DNA of 61,184 bases, counting the filler, from Dimargaris cristalligena (Eukaryota): assembly GCA_003614675.1 (NCBI GenBank). It is 4 parts of 4 records of this genome, joined end to end, with 100 filler letters (N's around TTAATTAATTAA, not from the genome) between each part and the next. Parts side by side here need not be neighbours in the genome. Positions count along the whole stretch, not along the records: positions 1 to 15,252 come from ML002902.1; 3 more parts are not named here. One strand, given 5' to 3'. Position 1 is the stretch's first letter. Every line of letters starts with the position of its first letter. Below are positions 1 through 11,814 of the stretch, piece after piece. Position numbers and translations under genes: made by a program. A model generated the notes under the pieces. The model had not been told where the DNA came from. It saw only the letters and a list, made by a program, of their open reading frames with translations, and did not search any database.

Positions 1-1956
1 ACCCATTTCGTCGGCCAGGATACCATTCTCGTTCCGGGACCATAGCGAACCCATCCAGTTAATGGCCATTAGCTGGTAGTCTCGCAGCTGTCCACCAGAC
101 AGGTAGTCGGGTTGTTTGGATAGCTGATGGAACCGGGGCCGGGCCTTCTGTTTGCTATGGTAGTGTTCCCCGCGATGGGGTAGGGTTTGTCGCTCCAGGC
201 GGTCGTAAAACTCGTCGATGGCGGCCTGTGAGTCAATGGCAATGATCTGGCTCTCGGGTTCCCAAGTAGCGTCTTTGTAGGACATGTTTTCCCACTTGCA
301 GAGGTATTCCATGGTCCCTGGCTCGTCGGCATCGTGGGTAGCGGAGTCGGCTTCGTCGTTCTTGGGGGGAAACGCGAGGGAACCGGAGGTACGACTACCG
401 GGTAACATTTCTCGCCATTGGGCCAGGGTACCTTTGGCCTCCCGGCACGCGATAACGCGGTCTAGCACCACGAATTGGCTCATGTTTTGCCGGTCGAGCT
501 CCTTCTGAATACTGTTTTGCTCCAGCTCTTCGGGGGAAATATCGGGGTTGCGGGCGGCGTAAAAATCGGGTTCCACCACATTTTTGATATAGTTGGAAAG
601 TTTTTTAAATCCTTTACTGTTGGACAGGTATTCGTAGGATTCCCAGGTGTCGTACAAATGGGCCCAGTTCTGCCACTTGACGAGGTATTGGAAGTTATTC
701 GGGTCAAATTCGGCGTCCGGGTCGCTATCATCATCGACACTGCCTTCGGCCGCCGACGAGGGAAGCGGGCGGTAGTCGTGCAGCGCCTCCACCAGATCTT
801 CGGAGGTCAGGTCAGGTTCCCCGATAAGTGGGGTGGCTTTAAAGGAGGACTGGGATACAGATCGGCCCAGCGCGGGGGTCTCTAGGTCGCCGGGGTCGGC
901 GGGGGTTCCAGCACGCTTGGTGGAGCTGTTTTCGGTCTCACCATTGGAACCGGACTCCCAGTCGTACTGCTCCGTCTCATTGTAGGTCTTGACCGCATTA
1001 GTTCCGCGGCGGGATGAAAAGCGAACGGAATCGGACTCACTGGATTTGACCTTTCGGGACCGCGACTTACTGGGTCCTCCCCAATCACTGGTGTCCGATT
1101 GATCGTCGTCGCTCTGTCCGGCGGATTCTTCATCACTGGTAGAAATGCCCCGCCGAGACGGACCTTTGGCCCCGTTACGCCCCCGGGGTGCGAACAAGAA
1201 AGACAGGTTGGTTTGCTTATCTGATGTGCGACCTTTGGACCCGGCGGAAAGTCCCTTTTTGGTGGATATATTGCGCTTGCCCCTTTTGGATTGTTTGGAG
1301 CCATATTCGAAGTCACTGTCGGAAGTTTCACTCATGTTGTCGACGCCCTCTGATGAATTGCTTTCGTTGAATTCGGAAACGAGACTGGCGTCGGAAAAAT
1401 CATCATCGGAATCTGCATCTGCAGGGAAAGGAGGGAAAGGGGAGAGGACACAGTAAGTGGGGGGAGTATAATGTTGAGCCCTGAGTTAATGCGCATTTAG
1501 CATAAGGCTAATGTTTTTGGGGGGTGTTGTTGATATGGGCGACATGGGGGAATAGAAAAGAGGCTGTCCAAGCGGGCACTGTGAAGCATATACGAAAGAT
1601 ATTAGCAAAATATATAAACAATAACACCACTTGGGATATTTACCTTGGATGGCCTTGGCCTTTGGACGATTTCGGGAGGTCGCTTTGGGAGTGGGACGGT
1701 GGGTCTCCTCGAAATCGGAGCCAGTGTCCGGGCTCACCGGTCGACTATCGAGATTATCGAAATAGTCGTTGGATTCATCGGTTTCGTCATTAGATTCGAT
1801 CTGGCGCGACCGGCCAGGTGGGGCCCGACGATCCGACTGGCTATCACTATCGGAATCAGATATATATTTTTTGGCCTGGCCGGAGAACTTGCGGGGAACT
1901 TTATTCCCGACGGTCGGGCGAGGTGAGCCCTGGGATTCGTCCGGCTGCGGACTCAT
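1..1956 (-). CDS. CHD1: Chromodomain-helicase-DNA-binding protein 1 (Chd1/Hrp1-type remodeler), 5' part, runs off the contig; exons 1956-1644 and 1418-<1
   Basis: Manual translation across a GTAAAT...CTGCAG intron (1643-1419) gives an acidic/Ser-rich N-terminus and tandem chromodomains (FQYLVKWQNWAHLYDTWESYEYL; EYLCKWENMSYKDATWE). It then enters the SNF2 ATPase (GGQLRDYQLMAINWMGSLWSRNENGILADEMG). Confidence 0.93.
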
Positions 1957-3172
1957 GTCATGAATAGGGTCGTCGACGGACGAGAGCGTGGAGTCGGAGA
2001 GTAGAGCTGTTTTCGGGCGCTGGGCCCCGAAGTCGGGTTTGCGGATTGACGCTAGGGAGGAGGTAGAACCTACGGTGGGACTGGATGCAGTGGGGGGTGC
2101 TGGGGTTTGGATTGCCGAAGGAGGGAAGGAAGGGGGAGAAGAACAAAGGAGTTGGGATGAAATGACAGTAGGGTTAATAAAGGGCAGTGGCTGAGCGCGG
2201 CTATGACAGAGCGATCGGGTTCTTTGGAATGGGTATTAAAGCGGTCTAGGGCCTGGAAATAGCGTGGGCTGGCATGCCGTGCAGCTGGGAGGTTTGGAAG
2301 AGGATAGAGGAGCCGCATGTGAGGTGCAGGGTCGGAAGGCTTACCGTTAGGGTCCATGACCACCGGACTTTGCGCACCGATTGAGGGAGAATAGCTAGCG
2401 AGGGTTATACTTCACGCGTAATGCACGGTTAACGGGAAGGATGTAAGAAGCCGGGTATAATAAGACTAGGAAAACATAAACTATAAACACCCACACACGT
2501 GTGGAGAGTGGAAAAAGAAGTCAACGAAGGAATCAGGTCGCGGGATGGAAAATGCTCAGTCCGCGCTGGACGCAGTCAAAGGGAGGTTGTGTAGGAGATA
2601 CCCTGGGCTGTGGATAGAAGAGAGCGTAAGAAGGACCCACGGGATGGGGCCTAGTGAATAGACGACGACGGGTTTGGCAAACACCACAATACAGTAACCA
2701 GGTCAAGTCAAGTTGAATGGGGAGGAATGGCTGATTAACGCAGGGCAAAATAGCCGAAGCAGTAAATTCCTGGTGATGTGAGATCGTAAAGGTAGAACAG
2801 CAACAAGGTACCTCAAGGAGGCGGAAGGGGAGATAGTTGAGTCGGGGTTGAAGAAAACACCGCAGGGGCAATGCGCGGCGAGAGAGAAAAGGGAATCAAA
2901 ATAAAGAACCTGGTGGGCCCTATCCTGTAGGTTATTATTATCTATCAGTGTGGAGGAGGGGTTAGACAAAATATACCACCAATGAAGTCCAAGGAGCCAA
3001 AGGAGTGGAGCGCGTGCGCACCTTATTCGTATCTAACGGGGAGAACGAGCCAACGACTAGTGCGAATTAGAGAGAATGGCTTCGATTACTTGACTGAGAG
3101 GGAAGGTTACACGCAGCGTTGGGTTCGATCAGCAACCCTACTCTCCTTTGCCCGACCCCGAAACGAACCAAA

Positions 3173-3303
3173 ATATGGGAGAGGTTCAACCGAGTTGTAT
3201 AACGAAAAATCCGTTGGATGAAGCAAATATGACTGGTTAAAAATAAATCTTCCATACATTATCATTTAAAACCTTATACAGCTGGGCCGAACTTCACCCA
3301 TAT
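3173..3303. mobile_element. MITE-like element, copy A (imperfect ~30-bp terminal inverted repeats)
   Basis: ATATGGGAGAGGTTCAACCGAGTTGTATAA ... TTATACAGCTGGGCCGAACTTCACCCATAT; termini and internal sequence align by eye with copies at 26668, 30670, 56962 and 60622. Confidence 0.75.
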
Positions 3304-3825
3304 GAATCCTCCATCCCCGCGCAGGTTCTCTCCCAGTCATCGGGGCCGTGGGGGGTTTTAAGCGCGGTGTGCATCGCAGGCCAGGTCCAGTCACGCTGAT
3401 GTCATGGTAGTCCAACCACCATGGCTGCCGCTGTGTTTATTATGCCTACCGCCATCGCCCAAGTGATGAAGAGAGAGGGAGGAGGACCCTGCGCTTCGCC
3501 AACGGGTTTCATTGAGCGCCGACTATTACCATCCCCCCCTACGTGACCGTGATCTAACTTCCCCCACATCAATGAGATGGCCCTGCCAGGCGTTGCATTT
3601 CATTTAAAAGGAGCCCCGCTCCCTGTCCTCCGTGGAATCCCTCGTTATTCCATCGACTTCATTTGTATATCCACCTCTACTACGTATTACCCGTCATCTC
3701 TCCACCTTAATTGCACCATCTCCCGCGGTTATCATCCCTGATTATAGCTGGGGACAACAACTGACTAGCTAGCTAACTAACTACCCTTCCCCACTCCTCC
3801 CGCTGCCGCTCCCTATCCCGCCAAC

Positions 3826-4653
3826 ATGGGTTCCGCCGCCCAATCCTCCGAACACCAGCCCCTGATGGGCCACTCCAAACTCCCCTCCTTCCTGGCCGTC
3901 GACATGGAACGGGTCAGCTCCCGCGTATCCGGCACCGTCGCATCTATATGGGAGGAGTTCAAGGATTTCCTGGATCAGGGTAACGTCATTGACCTAGCCA
4001 TCGGTATCATCATCGGCGCCGCCTTTACCCGCGTCGTCAATTCATTCGTCGAGGATATCCTTCTTCCCCCCATCGGCCTCCTGCTCGGAGCCGCGAACTT
4101 TGAAAACCAGTTCGTGGTGCTGAAGTACGGTCCCTCCAAGGGCAAGAAGGCTACCAAATCCTCCCCGGCCTTCGATTTCCTAACCGGTGGTAATGGCGGT
4201 GGTGGTCATAGCGATACCCCCATTGGACCCGGCCCCCCTCCTTCCACCCCTTACCATCCCGTTTACCACACTGTGGAGCAGGCCCAGGAAGCGGGTGCCG
4301 TTACCCTTAACTACGGCCGGTTCATCCAACTCACCGCCAATTTCCTAGTGGTCGCCCTGGTCCTCTACGGCCTGATTCGCCTGGTACTCCTGTTCCGTCG
4401 CAACCGTACTCTGTTCAAGACGGACAAGTGCCGTTACTGCCGTAAATCTATCAGTATTAAGGCTAAGCGTTGCCCCTTCTGTACATCCATGCTGACATCT
4501 GAATCGTCGGGTCCGTGTGGCGGGAACAATAGCGGGGGGGACATGTCTCCTTCCCAGCAACACAAGAATAGTGCTACGGCCGTGGCTTCGAGTTCGGTTT
4601 CTCCGGGTAAACATCCTGCTAGCCCCGGCGAGCCTGCTGGAATCAGTTATTAG
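3826..4653 (+). CDS. mscL: Large-conductance mechanosensitive channel (MscL family) with a C-terminal CxxC-x10-CxxC motif
   Basis: EEFKDFLDQGNVIDLAIGIIIGAAFTRVVNSFVEDILLPPIG (S1 helix + TM1) and LNYGRFIQLTANFLVVALVLYGLIR (TM2); CRYC...CPFC after TM2; intronless. Confidence 0.9.
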   Translation: MGSAAQSSEHQPLMGHSKLPSFLAVDMERVSSRVSGTVASIWEEFKDFLDQGNVIDLAIGIIIGAAFTRVVNSFVEDILLPPIGLLLGAANFENQFVVLKYGPSKGKKATKSSPAFDFLTGGNGGGGHSDTPIGPGPPPSTPYHPVYHTVEQAQEAGAVTLNYGRFIQLTANFLVVALVLYGLIRLVLLFRRNRTLFKTDKCRYCRKSISIKAKRCPFCTSMLTSESSGPCGGNNSGGDMSPSQQHKNSATAVASSSVSPGKHPASPGEPAGISY

Positions 4654-5435
4654 TGTGAGTGTGCGTGTTTGTATATAAAATTTTCGCTCGTCAATATACT
4701 TTAGGAATAAAGCCGCATTGGTTATACTTAATTGTGGGTGAAACATCTCTCCCCCCCATCCCTGGTGTTCTGGACTGGAAGAAAACTCTGAACCAAAGGG
4801 TTTCTTTTACTCACCCCACCTCGTTAACCCTACCAACAATCAATCAATCAATCATCCCCCCACCCCTCTCCTCACTACCCTTCAAATCAAAGGACAATGT
4901 CTAATTCTAATTGCAGCAACGTGAGAACTCCACATTATTTAATCTTAAAAGGGGTATATATAGTTTGCGAGTTACGCATGGTGCAGTTGGTACATTGGAA
5001 ACGAAAAGGAAGCAGGCCGATGTATAAAGAGTAACAAAACGGCCTGGATAGTAAGTGATAGCGAAAAGGGTGTGAACATTAGACAATAAACCTGGCGTTT
5101 AATGAGGGTGAATACAAAAAAAATAGTAGTGAAGTGGTTTGAAATAACACAGGTCCCAGAGTCATACACTCTGGTCCTCCTTCCATACCCTTCTTCAATA
5201 CCGCCCAGTGTTAGGGAAAGGAGGGTTGAAGGGGGGGGGGGGGTGTTTGTCCCAATCATGGACAATAAAGGTGGAGTCGGGGACGGAATGCACGACGTTA
5301 AGAAACAATAGCCCCCGCCCCCACCACAACAAAAAACAAACACCGAACTACATTTTAAAAAAATAATAGTATTGAGTAAAAGATTTAATCAGGGAAGGAG
5401 GAGAACGAGGAGGAAAGGGTGTGTGCAGGTCAGAT

Positions 5436-8400
5436 TTAGTAGATATTGGTAAGGTCTTCTACCATGCGCGTCAGCTCATCCACCGTCAGGTCCAGGGGTG
5501 TTCCGCCGTGGGCCCCACTGACCACGGCCTGCATCTCCGTATTATCCAAGTCTAGGAATTGTTCCACGAGATCGCCGTCGATAAATCCTTCAGCCGGCAC
5601 ACTCCGCTGGGTATTAGTAAAGGCCCGCCAGCGATCATGGGGCAGTCCGCCCACGGGTTGGATAACGCGCGTGAGGTTCGTTTGCAGACGCTGGAGGAGG
5701 TCGAACCGTTCAGCCGTGAGGGAGGCCACGACCCCGATTGCCCCATTGACGGTCCCGTAGAGCAGTTGCGGCCGGGCCACCGGATGGGAATCCGGGAGAT
5801 TCATGACGAGCGCACCGGGCCGGAAACGGTTGACGAAATCCCCCAGGTGGAACTGACCCGTGGTTTCGAGTCGGGGGTTGTGGTGGTCACCCTCCGTGGC
5901 GTGCGAGGAGGAGGCATAGGAAGACAAGTTGCCGCCCTCCCGGCGCACGGTAAAGAGATTGTACGAAATTTCGGCCCCGAGGTATTCCCGGCCCACATCG
6001 TCCAGGGACGCTAAAGCGGTCATCCAGTTGGTATGATAGTCCCGGGCCACTTCGGTCAGGGTCCGGGCTTGGGCATCGAATTTGAGCAGAGTAATCGACC
6101 GCATCAAGTCGCCTACCGCTAGGAGGGGGCCCTGTGTATCCAGAGAAAGGGCCAGAACGTGACTGTAGTAGGCGCAGACTTCGCGAAGCGGGGAGCCGCC
6201 ATGACTGCCGCTTCCCCCTCCCACTTCATTGGCCAGCCATTCGTACACCACCGTCCGGTTGTTCACCGTAGCCGCCAGGTGGCCCGTGGCGGTCAATGCC
6301 GCTAGACTGTAGACCGCACCGGGCACGGTGAGTTCGCAGACCAGCTCAATCTTGCGTTGTTCCGAGGCAAACCGTAGCACAAGTAGGCGGCCTTCGGTGG
6401 TATCATTGGTGTTGGGGTAAATGAAGGCGGTCCCCACGATAAAATAGTCCGCTTTTGTCATGGGGGAACTGGCGGCTGAGGATACTTTCGGCCTGTTCGT
6501 AGGGCCGTAGATGGAAACTGTCAGCAAGTTGGAAGGTCTGACTATCGATCACATTGAACGCGGAGGTGACCGCGTCGGACCGGCCCTCTACCACCATCCC
6601 GGAACTATCATCCAACCCCCCCACCTGGGGGGTATCCGCGCCGGGGACCAAGGAGGTCAACACCCCGAACACCCAGTTGGCTTCCTGGTAACAAATGCGT
6701 CGGGCCATGTAGCCGGGCAAGGGGACGGTGCGAATATGGAGTTTCTGGATATCATCAATATGACCCACTCGAACGCCACTGTCGTCCACCAGGACAATTG
6801 ATTTAGGCAAGATATGGGATCGGAATGAGCACATGTCGTAGACGGCCGGCTCGTTAACATTGGCGAAAGACAGTTTACAGCCGCTGCTGTGGATGATGGT
6901 GGGCTTGTCCCCCGATACGAAGACGTGCGGTTCGGTGATGCGAACCCCTCGCTCGCTCTCCACGACCGAGTAAAAGTGCGACAGACGAAGAGGTCGGTTT
7001 CCCAAACTGACCTTCTTGCGGTCCCGTAATTCACCCGTTATCCGATGACATTTGAAATGGTACAGGTGACCGTCGCCTAATGCGACCATCAGGTACAAGA
7101 TATTTTCCATTTCAATCAAGGTCAGCGAGCGGGGCATCACGATGGGGTCGCCGGGCTGCAGAGGAGGCGGCGGGGGAGTGCGTTGGTTTAGCGAGGGCGT
7201 CGCCCCTCCCGTATTCATACTAGTGTTACCATGGCCGATGGCCGACGTGGTATCAAGGCGGGCATTCAGAGAGGGTGGTGTGCGGTGGGCCTGGCTTGAA
7301 CTACCCAACCATTGGACACAAGCATCTTCCAAGGTGGGCAATTTAATGACACGGACGGTTGCGTCGGACCAGAACCCGACCGCGGCCAGGCGAATTTCGC
7401 GGGACCCCGAGTACTGGGAAGCCACGACGGACAAACAAGCGATATCGGCGTCAAACCGCCGACGTTGCTGTTCCACCAGCCGCGGTTTAGAATCACCCTG
7501 ACCATTGCCGCTCGAGCCACCCGAATTGTCGGTCCCCTCAACGGTCAAATATACCAACCACCGGTCCTCGACAGCCAATAAAATCTGGGTACTGTTAGCG
7601 CTGACCGTCTGGATCCGCGCCCCTCCACTAGGGCGCCATTCGGTCTCGAGGCCCTTTGTGGGCAACCGGATCAGCCGGACACAGGTCTCGGTGACCTGGA
7701 TAAGCAAGTCGCCCCGGATGGTGTACGCCCCCAAGGTGGGTTCGTCCCGGGCGAATCCGGGTAAGTTATGAACTTCCCGTAAACAAGCCACCTGGTCAGG
7801 TTCCCCCCCTTTTATTTCCCGGCCCACCAGGGTGAGCAACTTCGTTTCCGTGGCAAACCCCAGCACCAGTAGAATCTCATTACTGGAATCGAACCGGGGC
7901 CGGATGGACCAAACGTGTTTGACCCCCGGGATGGGCATCGCGAGCTGTGGATGGATCCCGATACCGTTGCGGATCACCCGGAGGCTGCCGGTGGAGTAGG
8001 CCCCCGAACAGGTAACCATTTGCCCCTGGCCCTGTTTGTCCACGTCCACCACGCAAAAGTCCGTGATGGGCGCTAGATTGGGAAACGTTTCGACAACCTG
8101 GAGGTACTGACCGGGGGTAACTGCTTGGACTGCCAGGTCGACTAGTTGGGAGTCCCCGTAGTGGGAACCGATAAACAAGAAGTCATCCTGTAAGTATACT
8201 AAAGCCGAAGCAATCGCCGTGTTACCAAGTCGTTCCAATTTAAGGTTTGGCAAGTCGCCACTACTACCGTCGGTCCGAGTGATAGTAGCGCCCATCGCCT
8301 CGGGTCCCGACGACGTCGATGGCAGAAGTAGGAGTATGTAAAGATTACCCTCGTCGTCCCCCAGCATAATGCGGCTGTCGTCCGCATCCACTTTACCGTA

Positions 8401-9851
8401 CACTTCAATATGAGTTGGTTTCATGGATATCATTTTAATTCGTTCGGGCCCGTGGTAGTACGTGATGGTCAGTTCGCCCACAATCACGACTGCTCCTGAG
8501 ACCAAAGGGATCAGAAGATTGGCGCCATTCTCCACGCGAAACGTCGGCCAGGGACCCGGGGCCAGTTCGGCGTTTTCTAAATCGACGGCGTATGTTTTGA
8601 CGTGGCATACCCCCGTATGGTCCCGGTAGAGCACCATGAGGGTGGGTACAGAAGTCTGGTAGAGGAAAGTCATGGAAAGGACGTGGAGTTCTTCGATGCG
8701 GACTAGGATAGCCTCCCGCAGATCACCGGGCTGGGCGGAGAGTACCGCGGGCTGTTTACCCTTAGGGGAGGCGTTCGAATAGTCGGTATAGCGCGGATTA
8801 TAAGGGTACACGCTACTTAACGACCCACCGCCACCGGAGGTTCGCCCCAGCCCCAGGGTCGCTTGGGAATGCGGATGCGCCCGTTTCAATGCTGCTCCCA
8901 TTCCAGAGCCCGATCCGCCCATTCTTAGCGATCCGGGTGTTTCAATGGGGATGATTTTAATGGAACCTTGGTAGAGATGGAGGGCGGCGACCCGGAAGTC
9001 CGGGTCTATCAAGCCCAATTGGCCATTGTCGCAGGGCCGCCCTACAATTTCGGACAAGTCGCCGGTGGCTTCCGTTACCGGACGGCTTTTCACAGGGTCC
9101 CAGGAGAGGACACAGATTTGATATTTTTCAGTAACTATGAAAATTAAATCCGTTTGACGACCCTAGGGAGTTCGCGATTAAGGGGTTTTTCAGTAAATAA
9201 ATAAAGGGTCGTGGGTAAGTTTCGAATGGATGATTGAAATGATCATTAGAGTGGGGAGGGGAAGAGGGGGTCATCGGCAGGGTACGTCAGTTAAATGGGC
9301 CAATCGGCCATATGGCCATAATGTGTAAATTCTAAATTAATCGGGCTATTATTATTTATCACTCACCTGCGGTCGGAAAAGATTCATTGATGCAATTCGG
9401 CCATTGATGGGGATCTCGTAAGCCCGGATCAGCCCTTTGGGCGCCAGTCGGCATACTTCAATTCGCGTGGTTTTTCTATACTCAGAATATCATACCGAAT
9501 TTCGTGATCATCCATAAGATAGTGTTTAAGTTAGTTACATGGAACCAACCCCACAATCAAAATATAAGTTACCCATAGCCAGGACTTTAGCCGATTATTC
9601 GCCCTTGGATAAACACATTCCGGATAGGCGGGCAAGCTTGCGAGCATATATATAAGAGGCATTCACGCAAGTCTAACAGCAGGTTATACACTGTTGCCGG
9701 ATCGTTGGACCCATTGACGAATCAGGGGCCCAGTGATGTCCTTGACTTACCCTAAGATCAAATTGTCCTCATTGGGGGCCAAGAACCGCCCACGCAGTGC
9801 ATGGTGGACCGATGCCGGCTTGTGGGCAGTGACTACGTAGTGGTGGGACAT
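5436..9851 (-). CDS. DDB1: DNA damage-binding protein 1 (CUL4 adaptor); exons 9851-9751, 9475-9367, 9162-5436, with one +1 frameshift near 6453-6466
   Basis: Spliced N-terminus MSHHYVVTAHKPASV...NLILGKTTRIEV resembles the DDB1 start (MSYNYVVTAQKPTAV). Also FIGSHYGDSQL, NLAPITDF, SLRVIRNGIGI, GDLMRSI and C-terminal GFIDGDLVEQFLDL. Introns are GT-AG with consistent phases. Confidence 0.93.
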
Positions 9852-10576
9852 CGCAGGGGCTGGAGTTCGGTGGAAGTAAATACCCGTATATGTGTGTGTG
9901 TGTTTGCAAGGGGGTGAAAAGAATGGGGGTGTTGGTAGTTAAATCAACAGGACAAAGGGCAGCCACTCGCCCAACGGCGGTAAATAGATAGTAAGGGGTT
10001 AAGGAATCGACCCAGCGAGGCGATTAGGAAAAGCGAGCGTAGACTCGACTAAAGTAGGAATGTAAAAAAGGTAAAGTCCGCGCTAGAGATGATAGAGGCT
10101 GTCAGGAAAGCTGGTCTGGAATGGGTCCTAACGCCACTGGTGGCGGAATAAGACCTATTGCCTGCAATTATCGGAGCTGGTTAACCACCACAGGGTTTAG
10201 TGTTAGAAGGGCTCGTTAGTAGTAGAGTAGCGCTTATTCGGTAGCGGCCCGCACTTGGTCAATAACCAAGTTAGTGTAATAAACCAGCCGGACGGGTGGT
10301 TGTGTTCCCGACAACTGTTATCATAACCAAGGGCCCCTTCCTCTCACTAGTTCTGCTGGGAGGTTGCTTCCCTTAGTATTTCCTTATCAATAAACCGAAC
10401 ACACTCTACCCCATTTGCCCTTCCCCATACGACACGTAACAGCTGGTGGAGGACCAGGGTTCCAGTTCCTTGAGCCCATTTCTTATTTCTGACCTTCTCT
10501 AAGCCCACCCCCGGTTTCCCTATTGTAAAGCCCATTACCAGGATATTTCTTTATTGCGTTTCTATATAAGAAAGGC

Positions 10577-11143
10577 ATGGTGCTCTCTTCTCCCGCCCAC
10601 ACCCATGAACGCATTTGGATTGGCACCGATCGACCGCCCACATGTATGTCAGTAAAACAGGTATATTGTTGGCTTGTTACAAGTGACGGCAATTCCAATG
10701 GTATGAGGGTAGCGCTTGTTTCTAAAGATGGCCGGAAGTGGCAGTTCCCGGGTGGAAAACCGGATCCCACCGAGAGTCTTAAGGAAACTTGCATTCGCGA
10801 AGTCCATGAAGAAACGGGCGTAGACATAGGGCCTATAAGCCATAGACTGCAGTGGCTGGGCTATTACCGTGTTAATGAGGGAGAAGGGTGGTATGTCCAA
10901 GTTCGCTTTCTTCTATATATGTCGCAGGGCGAAAGTAGTAATTTGTATGCAATGATTCCCCAGGAACCCGCGACTGGGAATGGCAGCGATGTTATAAGGT
11001 ATGCTGTAACCTATGATATAGACACAGCGTGCCAACTTATTCCATGGTTAGCAGCATCCAGTGAGTTGCTCGATGCCCGAGCAGCCTTTCTCTTGTGCTC
11101 CGATTTCGAGTCGGAACTGTCGGGAAACGAATCCCGGATTTAA
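10577..11143 (+). CDS. Nudix hydrolase (substrate unknown)
   Basis: Complete Nudix box GX5EX7REUXEEXGU: WQFPGGKPDPTESLKETCIREVHEETGVDI; TATATAAG at about 10563 just upstream; intronless. Confidence 0.85.
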   Translation: MVLSSPAHTHERIWIGTDRPPTCMSVKQVYCWLVTSDGNSNGMRVALVSKDGRKWQFPGGKPDPTESLKETCIREVHEETGVDIGPISHRLQWLGYYRVNEGEGWYVQVRFLLYMSQGESSNLYAMIPQEPATGNGSDVIRYAVTYDIDTACQLIPWLAASSELLDARAAFLLCSDFESELSGNESRI

Positions 11144-11814
11144 TTGATGCTAGGTTAATGGGTCTCATCTGTCCACAACCCAAGAATTAGGAAATCTTCC
11201 TCCATTATTACAGCCCCTGGGACCAGTAATAAGCTAATAAAAGTGATCAGAAGGTTGCAGACTCCTCCAGTTGGATTTGCAATATTTACAGTCAAATTAT
11301 TTTTTCAATAATCAAGCCTAAGTGTACTCGCTATCCCTAGTTCGGAGAGGTTCCGTTCCCTATCATTCTTATACAATAAACCGTTTATACTCTACCCTGA
11401 TTACCCGTATATGACTCGTAGAAATACTACGCGTATCTTTATAGACTGATAACACTTTCGTCAGAAATCAAGCCTCCAACACTAAGAATTGTTAGATTAG
11501 GATCACTCGGTACGAGTCCAAGGGCCTTGGGTTACTAATGGGTCACATTGCTTATGTTTAATATTCCTGCTATTTATAGGATTAGAGATAGCCATCCCTG
11601 TTCCCCTAAAACAGATCGTTATAGACCATGTGGAGTCATAAAATATACGTGTTTAATTATCAAGACAAATCCGAATAGATAGATAAAGCAAAACCATACG
11701 AATTAATAATTACAGAGGACGGATTCCGCTAGGGACTCACCGCAGTTGCTGCAAATACTCGGAATTGCCGAAATAAGCCTTTGGGCTAAAATAACGAACT
11801 AGTCAATCATAGAA

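Noticed and set aside
5436..6527. Separate 363-aa gene, or a DDB1 pseudogene
   Set aside because: It is the C-terminus of DDB1 split by a single homopolymer indel, with no other sign of decay.
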